From assembly GCA_037441675.1 (NCBI GenBank), contig JBBIRS010000001.1, positions 32,001 through 96,000 on the forward strand: a DNA stretch of 64,000 nucleotides, written 5' to 3'. The notes under the pieces were generated by a model, which saw only the letters and a list, made by a program, of their open reading frames with translations, was not told the DNA's origin and searched no databases. The translations under genes were made by a program, and so were the position numbers. This document shows, piece after piece, positions 1 to 9,479 of this stretch; the stretch's first letter is position 1; the number at the start of each line of letters is the position of its first letter. Source of the DNA: Planctomycetales bacterium. GTDB lineage: Bacteria > 4484-113.

Positions 1-62
1 TTTCGCCTAGGTTTTACCTTTTTTATGATACACGCTTTGTACTGGTTCAAATAGAGAAACAT

Positions 63-968
63 TTAGAAAAAGCCGATTTTTGCTCCAAGTTCTTTCATTT
101 CTAACAATCCCTCTTCCAGTGTAAATTTTGGATAATATCCCGTCTTTCTTAACTTACTCACATCAAGCACGTCAAAGCAAAATTTTTCATTTACCACTGT
201 ATATGGGAGCTCTTCGCCTAGGACTTTAGATACTAGCTCTGTTACATTCTTTATTGAAGTGCCAATCCCAACTCCTGCGTTAAACGTCTCGCGATCGAAG
301 GAAGTGTCATCAATTGCCCGCGTTAATAAATCAACCGCATCCTCTACATAGAGAAACTCAACAAAGCTATTCAGGCTCTCATAGAGTCTGGTCATTTCCC
401 TTTTCCTCCAACCACGGAATAATTCGTAAATAGGATTTCTTTGCATGCCAACTCCAAAAAGCCTGCAGAATCTAAAAATAGTAAAATTGAGATTATGCTC
501 GCCACCCACTATCTTTATCACTCTTTCTGCCGTATGCTTAGTAACTCCATAAAGCCTTTCAGAGGTAAGGGGACTGACTTCATTAGGGAAATACCCACTT
601 TCGTAAACTGAAGCGGAAGAAGAGAAAAGCATTTTAATACCTTTCTTGCTAGCTTTTTCTGCAATTAGCGCGCTTGCCCCAATATTCACTTCAACTGCTT
701 CTTCAGGTTTTGCAAGGCAGAGGCGCTCGGAAGAAATAGCCGCTAGGTGAAAGATAACATCAACCTTACTAACTAATTCTTCAACCAACATCCTATCTTT
801 AATATTGCCAATTAGTATCTGGAACTTTGGGAAACTTTTCAGATACGCGACAGACCTAGAGTTAGGATCTCTGCAAAGGGCAAATACTTCCCAGTCATAT
901 TTACTGAGAAGCTTAAGGGCTAAGTTAAAGCCAAGTAGGGAGCTAATTCCTGTTATACCTGCACGCAA
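63..968 (-). CDS. NAD-dependent epimerase/dehydratase (extended SDR, nucleotide-sugar modifying)
   Basis: N-terminal Rossmann-like TGISSLLG, HLAA, SSASVY and catalytic YGVTK (YxxxK). Confidence 0.85.
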   Translation of the reverse strand: MRAGITGISSLLGFNLALKLLSKYDWEVFALCRDPNSRSVAYLKSFPKFQILIGNIKDRMLVEELVSKVDVIFHLAAISSERLCLAKPEEAVEVNIGASALIAEKASKKGIKMLFSSSASVYESGYFPNEVSPLTSERLYGVTKHTAERVIKIVGGEHNLNFTIFRFCRLFGVGMQRNPIYELFRGWRKREMTRLYESLNSFVEFLYVEDAVDLLTRAIDDTSFDRETFNAGVGIGTSIKNVTELVSKVLGEELPYTVVNEKFCFDVLDVSKLRKTGYYPKFTLEEGLLEMKELGAKIGFF

Positions 969-972
969 ATCA

Positions 973-1914
973 CTACCTATCCTTTATATCAAGTAAACAC
1001 ATTGTTACAAGTGGAAATAGAATCTCTAAATTTCCAGTGAGAGCGTATCCTCTACCTTGAGTGCTGGTGGGCCTCTTAACTACGTTTTCAATAGGCCTGT
1101 AATGCTGAATCATATCCATGTTAACTGCCATAAAGTTATGAACATTATGGCCAAGGTTACGTGCTATAGATAAGCTTTTTAGAAATACTTCCGGAAGTAT
1201 AACCGCGCTAGCAGCGTTAATTACAACTCCTTTTTCCAGTGAGCATACAAGATTGGCAAACTTTCTAAAGTCAATCTCTGTTCCTTTTCCAATGCTAGCC
1301 CCATCAGCATTAGGATGCATATGAATAGTATCAGTTCCATATGCTATGTGAGCGGTTAAAGGGATTCCCCGTTCGTAAGCGTAGTTGATAATTGAGTAAT
1401 TTTTATATGGTAAGTTTTCCTGAGATATCTTTCGCCCAACTGCTTCCCCGATGCCTAAACCTTCAGATACGCCTGCTTTTATAGCGGAGTTAATGAATTC
1501 TCCTATCTCCTTCCACATTCCAAAACTTCCATCCCCAATGGTTATAGAAACGTCCTCACTTGTTTCTCCAATCATAGCAATTTCAGTATCGTGAATAATT
1601 CCCGCTCCTTGCATTGCAAGAGCTGTTAAGAAGCCTTCATCAATTAAACGCATTATATAAGGCGATAGTCCAAGCTTAATAAGTGCATCCCCCATCATGA
1701 GGATGATTTGTTTATTTTCTTTTCTAGCCTGGTTCCACCACCTACAGATTTCCTTTAGGTCATCTGCTTTCAGAAAGGCTGGTAATGTATCAAGGAACTT
1801 TGCAAAAGTCCCATTTGTTTCTATTGGGATTCCAAAAGAACTTACTTTGACTTTGTTCTTACGATCCCGTATTGATTTCATGTTAAGCTTACTTAAATCC
1901 AATGGATCAATCAT
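973..1914 (-). CDS. Conserved hypothetical protein with deoxyhypusine-synthase-like fold (resembles GSU2086-type family)
   Basis: Motifs GAGIIHD, TSEDV, GTDTIHMHP, SAVILPEVFLK, QHYRP; SD AAGGAG upstream; family recalled, not searched. Confidence 0.6.
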   Translation of the reverse strand: MIDPLDLSKLNMKSIRDRKNKVKVSSFGIPIETNGTFAKFLDTLPAFLKADDLKEICRWWNQARKENKQIILMMGDALIKLGLSPYIMRLIDEGFLTALAMQGAGIIHDTEIAMIGETSEDVSITIGDGSFGMWKEIGEFINSAIKAGVSEGLGIGEAVGRKISQENLPYKNYSIINYAYERGIPLTAHIAYGTDTIHMHPNADGASIGKGTEIDFRKFANLVCSLEKGVVINAASAVILPEVFLKSLSIARNLGHNVHNFMAVNMDMIQHYRPIENVVKRPTSTQGRGYALTGNLEILFPLVTMCLLDIKDR

Positions 1915-2056
1915 TCCACTCTCCTTAAAATAAATCTTAGCTCATTAAAGATTCTATGGCGAAAACAAATAATTGCCTAAATTATGTTTTTTGATTGAGG
2001 GTATTACCATATTAGCGATTTTACTTCCAAATTCTCTATAAATGGGAGGCAAAAGT

Positions 2057-2548
2057 ATGTCCTTGATGGTTGGGAAAATTGCGCCTGATTTTTCTCTTGA
2101 AGGAACGAGCGGTACTTTTTCATCCGCTGACTTAAAGGGAAACTGGGCTATAGTGTTCTTTTTCCCAAAGGCAAAAACTAGTGTTTGTCAGAGTGAAGTT
2201 CTAGCCTTTAACCAACACTTCAACGAGTTTGCAAGCTTGGGTACCCAAATAGTTGGGATTAGCGTTGATGATATTGATACTTTGACTAGTTGGGTTCAGG
2301 AGCTAGGCTCGTTCAACTATCCCCTATTGTCAGACAAAGACCATGTGGTGTCCAAGGCTTTTGAAGTGTTTTCTGAGAGGGATAAAATAAGCTACCGCGG
2401 GCTATTCATATTAGACCCTGAAGGTAAGATCCGCTATCAAGTGGTTCAGGAGCCTTTCTTTGGAAGGTCAATTGAAGAAGTTAAAAGAATACTACAAGCG
2501 CTCCAGAGCGGAGGTCCATGCCCTGTAGATTGGAAACCCGAAGGTTAG
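2057..2548 (+). CDS. 2-Cys peroxiredoxin (AhpC/TSA family)
   Basis: PxxxTxxC (PKAKTSVC), RGLFILDPEG, C-terminal CPVDW; GGAGG precedes ATG 2057 (ORF track starts at 2042). Confidence 0.9.
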   Translation: MSLMVGKIAPDFSLEGTSGTFSSADLKGNWAIVFFFPKAKTSVCQSEVLAFNQHFNEFASLGTQIVGISVDDIDTLTSWVQELGSFNYPLLSDKDHVVSKAFEVFSERDKISYRGLFILDPEGKIRYQVVQEPFFGRSIEEVKRILQALQSGGPCPVDWKPEG

Positions 2549-2587
2549 TAATTCCACTGTAGAATAACTTTCCTAAAGTAAACCATC

Positions 2588-3886
2588 CTAGATAAAGTGA
2601 TGCCGAACGGCAAACTCATAAAGTTCGTTTCTAAATTTTGGATGGGCTAATTCTATTAGCGCATTTGCTCGTTGTCTGCGGTTTAAGCCGAAAAGGTTTA
2701 CCTTTCCCCACTCGGTAACAACCCAGCGAATATCAGCTCTCGTATCAACAACGCCAGCTCCTGGGGCTAATTCACCAACTATTCTGGATATAGTCTCACC
2801 CTTGGCGGTAGAAGGAAGTGCGACTATTGGAACTCCACCTTTACTTCTAGCCGCGCCACGAATAAAATCAAGTTGACCGCCAAACCCAGAAAATATTTTG
2901 TGGCCTATGGAATCCGCATTCACCTGACCAGTCAAGTCAATTGAAATGGCAGAATTTATCGCTACCATCTTTTCATTCTGCGCAATTACAAAAGGATCGT
3001 TAACATATTCAACCGGATGAGATTCAATAAAGGGATTGTTATCAACGAAATCGTATAGGCGTCTAGTACCCATCAAAAAAGTGCAGATAGCCTTACCCTT
3101 ATGTAATGTCTTTTTCTCACCATTGATAACGCCAAGTTCCATCAAATCGAGAGCTCCATCAGAAAACATCTCCGTGTGGAGCCCTAAATTTCTCTTATCC
3201 TTAAGGAAATGCAGAACCGCATCAGGGACTGCGCCAATGCCCATCTGTAAAGTGCTTCCATCATCAATCAATTCAGAAATGTGCTTTCCGATAGTCCTTG
3301 ACACCTCGTCTACTTCCCCAGAATGGTACTCGTATAATTCATGTTCCACTTCTACCAGATAAGTGATCTTGCTCAGATGAATAAAATTATCGCCTAGAAC
3401 CCTCGGCATTCTAGGATTGATTTCAGCTACTATTATCTTTGCTGTTCTACAAGCAGCAAGTGTTATCTCTGTTCCTACCCCTAAACTGCAAAATCCGTGT
3501 TCATCAGGGGGGGATAGCTGAACTAAAGCGACGTCTATTGGCATTAAGCCTTCAAAAAAGAGCCGCGGAATTTCAAAAAGAAATATTGGAGTCCAATCCG
3601 CTCGTCCTTCATTAATAGCATCCCTCACGTTTCCTCCTGCGAATAAAGCATTGTGCCTAAAGTACTTTTCAACTCCAGGTTCTGCATATGGAGCGTCACC
3701 AAATGTCAGTATGTGTACTATCTCAACATCCTGAACATCCTCTTTTATCGTTTCTAGTGAGTTGACTAAGACCTGAGGTGTTGCTGCTCCGGGGTGAATA
3801 TATACTCGGTTGCCAGATTTTATACAGCTAATCGCTTCTTCAGCTTTTTTGACCTTGCTACGATATCTCTGAAACCAAGTTTCCAA
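2588..3886 (-). CDS. Acetyl-CoA hydrolase/transferase family protein (4-hydroxybutyrate CoA-transferase-like)
   Basis: LQMGIG, HTEMFSD (catalytic Glu), SGFGGQLDF, VTEWG, AHPKFR; TTG start with GGAGG SD. Confidence 0.9.
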   Translation of the reverse strand: METWFQRYRSKVKKAEEAISCIKSGNRVYIHPGAATPQVLVNSLETIKEDVQDVEIVHILTFGDAPYAEPGVEKYFRHNALFAGGNVRDAINEGRADWTPIFLFEIPRLFFEGLMPIDVALVQLSPPDEHGFCSLGVGTEITLAACRTAKIIVAEINPRMPRVLGDNFIHLSKITYLVEVEHELYEYHSGEVDEVSRTIGKHISELIDDGSTLQMGIGAVPDAVLHFLKDKRNLGLHTEMFSDGALDLMELGVINGEKKTLHKGKAICTFLMGTRRLYDFVDNNPFIESHPVEYVNDPFVIAQNEKMVAINSAISIDLTGQVNADSIGHKIFSGFGGQLDFIRGAARSKGGVPIVALPSTAKGETISRIVGELAPGAGVVDTRADIRWVVTEWGKVNLFGLNRRQRANALIELAHPKFRNELYEFAVRHHFI

Positions 3887-3888
3887 GG

Positions 3889-5013
3889 TTAGATCCCTCC
3901 CTTGGAAGAATTTAACGATGACTTTTTCTTCTCGTAAATGTCCCTAATAAACTCATTCAGTATTTGTCCCTTTGCAATGTACGTCCCGCTTTTGAAAACC
4001 GGGTTTTCAGAAATTGCTTTGTCAACAGATTCATAGCTCGCAAAACGTAATAGTAATGGAAGTAATGCATTGGAATGAGCTCGGCTTGCAGTCCTAGCAA
4101 CATTACTAGTTAGATTTGGGACACAGTAATGCAGAATTCCATCAACGGTATAAACAGGATCCTGTAGAGTGGTTGGACGGCTCGTTTCGCAGTTGCCTCC
4201 TTGGTCTATTGCTACATCTATTATAAGAGACCTCGGCGTCATTTCTTTTAGCATTTCTCTCGTAATAAGTTTAGGGGCAAGTTGTCCATGAATATGCGCA
4301 GCGGTGATTACGACATCTGAAAAAGAAAGAGCTTTTCTAATATTGGCATCATTGCTAACCATAGTGTTAATATTTCCTCGGAAATCGTGATCAATCTTGT
4401 GCAGTCTTTCCAAGTTCTTGTCTAGGACTATAACGTTCACTCCAAGCTTATGAAAGGACAGTGCGGCATAATATCCAAGCACTCCTCCACCAATTATCGT
4501 CACTGTAACTGCTGGGACGCCGGGTATTCCCATAAGCAGCTTTCCTCTCCCGCCTGATTCCGTTTCAAGGAACCGACCCGCAATTTGTGGCATCATTCTT
4601 CCTGCTATTTCGCTCGCTTGAACCAATAATGGTGCAAAACCGTTCTCAGTCATTTCTTCGTAGCATATTGCGGTAATTTGTTTCCTTACATAAAGGTCTA
4701 TCAGGGCGAGGGGGGCAATCAATAGGTGAGAAAAGGCTCCGATAATCTTTCCCTCCGGGATAATTGAATATTCTTCTGGAATTGGATTCTTTATTTTCAG
4801 AATGACATCCGCACGTTGAAAAACCTCTTCCCGAGAGTAAGCGATAACTGCGCCAGCTGAAGAGTACTCTTCATCTGAAAAACCAGCGTTTATACCACAG
4901 TTGGTTTCGCAAGTTACTAAATGACCTGAACTTACTAGTTGCCTGACACCCATAGGAGTAAGACCAACCCTGTGTTCATTTGTCATAATCTCCTTTGACA
5001 CACCAAAAATCAT
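3889..5013 (-). CDS. ald: Alanine dehydrogenase (divergent)
   Basis: KEI..EHRV, SEIAGR, GGGVLG NAD site, DVAIDQGG, HYCVPN; AGGAGG SD. Confidence 0.8.
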   Translation of the reverse strand: MIFGVSKEIMTNEHRVGLTPMGVRQLVSSGHLVTCETNCGINAGFSDEEYSSAGAVIAYSREEVFQRADVILKIKNPIPEEYSIIPEGKIIGAFSHLLIAPLALIDLYVRKQITAICYEEMTENGFAPLLVQASEIAGRMMPQIAGRFLETESGGRGKLLMGIPGVPAVTVTIIGGGVLGYYAALSFHKLGVNVIVLDKNLERLHKIDHDFRGNINTMVSNDANIRKALSFSDVVITAAHIHGQLAPKLITREMLKEMTPRSLIIDVAIDQGGNCETSRPTTLQDPVYTVDGILHYCVPNLTSNVARTASRAHSNALLPLLLRFASYESVDKAISENPVFKSGTYIAKGQILNEFIRDIYEKKKSSLNSSKGGI

Positions 5014-5025
5014 TTTTTCCTCCTA

Positions 5026-5043
5026 TTGTGAATAATATCACAA
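5026..5043. promoter_or_regulatory. Rex operator upstream of ald
   Basis: TTGTGAA-TAAT-ATCACAA, one mismatch to the Rex consensus TTGTGAAnnnnTTCACAA, directly upstream of the ald SD. Confidence 0.7.
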
Positions 5044-5232
5044 TCCTATTACATGTTCCTTATTAAAGTATTACTAGAAACTCACTCCTATAACCATTTA
5101 TCTTTTGCTAACAAGTTTATAAGGTTTAACCATTCTTTATTTTCACACAAGATTTTCATAGTTTTATTGATAACTTAACATTGGGTATAATTTCTGAAGC
5201 TAATTAAAATTAAAACTTCCGCAAACAGTTTA

Positions 5233-6498
5233 ATGGAAAAATCTGGTGAACAAATATTTGCATCTGCACTTTGTCAGGTTGCAGGTGTGGGAACTAGGTT
5301 ATTGATTGAATTGAAGACCCACTTTGGCTCGTATAGCGCCGCCTGGGATGCAAGTGCGGTTGAGTGGTTAGATGTACCTGGAGTAACTGCAGGGTTAAAG
5401 GACAGATTTGATGAATTTAAATCTTCCTTTGACATAGAAGAATATGCCCGTTCGCTTTCCTCCAAAGAGATTAAAGTCTTAGCTATTGACTCACCAAACT
5501 ATCCTGAAATCTTAAAGCAAATAGCAAGCCCCCCGCCAGTAATTTATCTAATAGGTAACTTACAGCACTTAGAACCTGATAAGGTTGCAATTGTTGGCAC
5601 ACGTAAAGCATCAGAGTATGGAAAAGAGGTAGCGCGAAAACTGGCTCGTGACCTAGTTGATCTCGGTCTCGTCGTAGTTTCAGGTATGGCTCTTGGTATT
5701 GATGGATCTGCTCACGAAGGTGCAATTGATGGAGGCGGACCAACGATAGCTGTTCTTGGAAGCGGTGTTGATGTTGTGTATCCAGATGAACATGTCAACC
5801 TCTACCGAGAGATACGTGAACTTGGATTAATTATTAGTGAACAACCCCCTGGTAGTCCACCCCTAAGAGAGAATTTCCCAAGCAGAAACCGAATTATCTC
5901 AGGTTTATGTGTGGCAACAGTGGTGGTAGAAGCTCCTTTAGGAAGCGGGGCGCTATTGACGGCTCATTATGCAATCGAGCAGGGCAGGGATGTATTTGCT
6001 GTTCCAGGTAGTGTTAACAGTTACAGTTTCAAGGGGAATCACAAGCTCATCAAAGATGGAGCAAAATTAATAGAGGATGTTGACGATATAGTTACTTCCT
6101 TCAGGGTATCCAAGTTTGATTTATTGAAAATGGAACAGGAAAAATCTCAAAGGAAGCTATTTGCGGAAGAAGTTCGTACTATTCCATTCCTTGAGGAAAC
6201 ACTAGTATCGGATGAGGCTTCCCTGAAGCGTCCTAAGACGAATAGGGCTAGGCGTAGTTCAGAGAAGGCGTCCGTTGAGTCAGATACGGTTGATGAAAAA
6301 GTCACCACTCAGTTACCAAAATTAACTGAAGAGGAATTATCCCTTCTGAGTGAACTTAGTTACAGTGATGGAACTCATATAAATAATTTGGCTCGAAAGC
6401 TAAAGCTTTCAATGGCGGAGCTTTCCGCCAGATTAACTCTTTTGGAGATTAAGGGCTTGGTGAAATCCCTGCCGGGAGGCTTTTATCTGCGTTTATAG
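5233..6498 (+). CDS. dprA: DNA-processing protein DprA
   Basis: AIVGTR, VSGMALGID, FPSRNRIISG, VEA..SGAL.TA, FAVPG and C-terminal winged helix LTLLEIKG. Confidence 0.95.
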   Translation: MEKSGEQIFASALCQVAGVGTRLLIELKTHFGSYSAAWDASAVEWLDVPGVTAGLKDRFDEFKSSFDIEEYARSLSSKEIKVLAIDSPNYPEILKQIASPPPVIYLIGNLQHLEPDKVAIVGTRKASEYGKEVARKLARDLVDLGLVVVSGMALGIDGSAHEGAIDGGGPTIAVLGSGVDVVYPDEHVNLYREIRELGLIISEQPPGSPPLRENFPSRNRIISGLCVATVVVEAPLGSGALLTAHYAIEQGRDVFAVPGSVNSYSFKGNHKLIKDGAKLIEDVDDIVTSFRVSKFDLLKMEQEKSQRKLFAEEVRTIPFLEETLVSDEASLKRPKTNRARRSSEKASVESDTVDEKVTTQLPKLTEEELSLLSELSYSDGTHINNLARKLKLSMAELSARLTLLEIKGLVKSLPGGFYLRL

Positions 6499-6501
6499 GG
6501 G

Positions 6502-8838
6502 TTGATAGCAAGAGTGACAAAAGGAACCACTGAGAGAAAGCCTCTTTTAATAGTTGAATCTCCCGCTAAAGCGCGAACCCTTAAGCGTATCCTCGGGGAG
6601 AGTTATGATGTTCTCTCTAGTAATGGCCACGTGCGTGACCTACCAGAAAAGAAATTGGGTGTTGACACTAAGAATGGTTTTACTCCTACTTATGTTTTGA
6701 TCCCATCCAAGAATGAAGTAGTAAAGAAACTTAAAACTGCAGCCTCAAAGGCAAAAGAGATTATATTGGGAACAGACCCAGACAGGGAAGGTGAAGCTAT
6801 CGCTTGGCATCTTTCACAGATATTAGATAAAGATGTCAAGCGGGTAGAATTCTTTGAGATAACGAAGGATAAAGTTATAGAGGCATTGAAGCATCCCAGG
6901 CGGATTAACCAGTTACGCGTGAATTCCCAGATTGCACGTCGTGTTCTAGACCGCTTAGTAGGTTACAGTCTTTCACCTGTCCTTTGGAATAAGATTAAAC
7001 GAGGTTTATCAGCCGGAAGAGTGCAGTCCGTAGCTGTTAGGTTGATCTGCGAACGTGAAGAGGAGATTCGTAGTTTCACCCCTCGTGAATACTGGCTCAT
7101 TCTGGGTTCTTTTCAAGCCGGGGATATTTCATTTGAGGCTGAGTTTGTAGCCTTTAACGGAACTAAAATATCACGACCAGAAGACGAAGGTTCTAAAGGC
7201 GCACGTGTTATTTCTTCTGAAGAAGAGGCACGAGCAATTGAAGAAATTCTCAGGCGAATGGACTATTTAATATCTAGCGTAGAAGTCAAAGAAGTTAAAC
7301 GTCAACCCCAACCACCGTTTATTACTGCAACTTTACAGCAGGAGGCTTTCAAAAAACTTGGCTTTCATAGTAGTAGGACTATGCAAATTGCTCAAGAGTT
7401 ATATGAGGGGATTGATGTAAACGGTGAACGTATGGGCGTTATCACTTATATGAGAACGGATTCTGTTCGTATAGAGGAGGATTTTCTGGCAAAGACAAGA
7501 AGTTATATTCTAAAAAATTATGGAGAGCGATACGTACCAGCGACTCCGCGAAAGTATAAATCAAGCCCCCGAGCGCAGGAGGCACACGAAGCGATAAGAC
7601 CCACTAATCTAGATCTAAAGCCCGAAGACCTTAAGGGTAAGGTAAATGATACCCACTTTAAGTTGTACGATTTGATTTTCAGGAGATACCTTGCCTCGCA
7701 AATGGCTGACGCATTGTATCAACAGAGAACAGTTCATATTTCTGGTGAAGAAAAAGAAAACTCGGCGTTGTTTAGACAAACCGTTAGAACACTTAAGTTT
7801 GATGGCTTTCTCGCAGCAAGCTTGCCAATAGAGTCTGAAGAGAACAATAATGGAAATGCTGATTCAAAGCAAAAACAATCCGCTGAAGTACTGCCTCTTT
7901 TGGTTGAAGGCACTACTGCAAATCTTATAGATCTTCACCTTCAGCAGAGTTTCACTAAGCCTCCTGCTAAATATACGGAAGCGTCTCTCATCAAAGCGCT
8001 TGAGGAGAAAGGTATCGGTAGGCCATCTACTTATTCTGTAATTATTGAAACGATTATACGTAGAGGGTACATAACCAGGGATAAAGGTCGTCTAGTACCA
8101 ACCCAGTGGGCTTTTGTCACGAATCAACTCCTGAACGATTATTTTCCCGAAGTTGTGGACGTGAACTTCACAGCCAAAATGGAAGATGGGCTTGACGAGA
8201 TTGAGGAAGGGAAAAATCAATGGCAAGAACTTATTGGCAGTTATTATTTTCCACTCAACGAAAAAATCCAATCTGCGCTTAAAGATGATGTTAGATATAA
8301 AGTTATATGGCAGAAGATTTCTGAAAAGTGTCCAGAGTGTGGCTCACCGCTGGAGATTCGCTATGGAAGATTTGGGAAGTTTGTGAGTTGCTCTAATTTC
8401 CCCGCTTGTCATTATGTTAAGAAGGAAAATGAAGCAATTAAAACGGATAGAAAATGTCCCAAGTGCGGATCCCAGGTTGTCGTCAGAAGGAATCGATGGG
8501 GAATTCAATTCGCCTCTTGCTCAGCCTATCCAAAGTGCGATTTCGTCGGAGAAGTTCACGAGTTTTGCCCCAAGTGTGGGGCTAAGTTATTAAAGAGAAG
8601 GATGAAGAATAGGAAGGTCTTCTACGTTTGCAAAAGAAATAACGAGTCAAAGAAGAATAAATGTGACTTCATTGTCTTTGGCTATCCCACGTTAAGTGTA
8701 TGTTCCTTGTGCGGTTCCTTTTTAGCCGAGGTTAGGCGTTCCGGTAGGCTTCATGTCATTTGTGCGAACTCATCCTGCGCTAACCATCGCGGAATTGAAA
8801 GCCAAGAAGAGATTGTTGAAGAGAAGGATAATTCATAA
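6502..8838 (+). CDS. topA: DNA topoisomerase I
   Basis: IVESPAKA, DPDREGE, SAGRVQS, ITYMRTD, QEAHEAIRP, GIGRPSTY, C-terminal Zn ribbons; follows dprA. Confidence 0.97.
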   Translation: MIARVTKGTTERKPLLIVESPAKARTLKRILGESYDVLSSNGHVRDLPEKKLGVDTKNGFTPTYVLIPSKNEVVKKLKTAASKAKEIILGTDPDREGEAIAWHLSQILDKDVKRVEFFEITKDKVIEALKHPRRINQLRVNSQIARRVLDRLVGYSLSPVLWNKIKRGLSAGRVQSVAVRLICEREEEIRSFTPREYWLILGSFQAGDISFEAEFVAFNGTKISRPEDEGSKGARVISSEEEARAIEEILRRMDYLISSVEVKEVKRQPQPPFITATLQQEAFKKLGFHSSRTMQIAQELYEGIDVNGERMGVITYMRTDSVRIEEDFLAKTRSYILKNYGERYVPATPRKYKSSPRAQEAHEAIRPTNLDLKPEDLKGKVNDTHFKLYDLIFRRYLASQMADALYQQRTVHISGEEKENSALFRQTVRTLKFDGFLAASLPIESEENNNGNADSKQKQSAEVLPLLVEGTTANLIDLHLQQSFTKPPAKYTEASLIKALEEKGIGRPSTYSVIIETIIRRGYITRDKGRLVPTQWAFVTNQLLNDYFPEVVDVNFTAKMEDGLDEIEEGKNQWQELIGSYYFPLNEKIQSALKDDVRYKVIWQKISEKCPECGSPLEIRYGRFGKFVSCSNFPACHYVKKENEAIKTDRKCPKCGSQVVVRRNRWGIQFASCSAYPKCDFVGEVHEFCPKCGAKLLKRRMKNRKVFYVCKRNNESKKNKCDFIVFGYPTLSVCSLCGSFLAEVRRSGRLHVICANSSCANHRGIESQEEIVEEKDNS

Positions 8839-9016
8839 CTCTTTTTTATTTCCTCCTGCCTCTTCTTCTATATTCAAACGCAAATTTAGTTACAAGTTGA
8901 TTACTTTACTTAAGCGAGGTTAGACGATCTATTTGTCATAGATTACTTTAATCTAATTAAGATATTAATATTAGTATTACTGGATGAATCCATAGTAAGG
9001 AATGGAGGAGAAAAAA

Positions 9017-9325
9017 ATGGCTATTGTTGATTTTTCAGTTGTGCCCATCGGTACAGGATCAACAAGTTTAAGTGATGCAGTAGCATTAGCGCATAAAGTA
9101 GTTATTGATAGTGGCTTACCAAATCGACTCAATCCTATGACTACAACGATTGAAGGTGACTTAGCTCAGATTTTTAGGATTATAGAAAAAGTCCACGATA
9201 AGTTAAAAGAGGCTGGATATATGCGACTTTCCACCAAAATGACCATTGATGATAGATTTGACCGTGAGGGCCCTAGAATGGAAAGCAAGATACGATCTGT
9301 CGAAGCTAAAATTGCAGAAATGTAG
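9017..9325 (+). CDS. MTH1187/YkoF-like thiamine-binding family protein
   Basis: FSVVPIG...PMTTTIEG...IDDR; GGAGG before ATG 9017 (ORF track 9002). Confidence 0.85.
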   Translation: MAIVDFSVVPIGTGSTSLSDAVALAHKVVIDSGLPNRLNPMTTTIEGDLAQIFRIIEKVHDKLKEAGYMRLSTKMTIDDRFDREGPRMESKIRSVEAKIAEM

Positions 9326-9479
9326 TTATTTGTAAAACTTTTCTCATTGGTGAAAGTGCCTTGAATTTTGGGCGAAATGGATGGTGGTTAATTTTGCTCG
9401 TTAAATGAGCTTGTTAGTAGCCATTTTGTATTAAATAATTAAGGAGCGTTTTTACCCTACAGGATAATTTACTCTCTTT

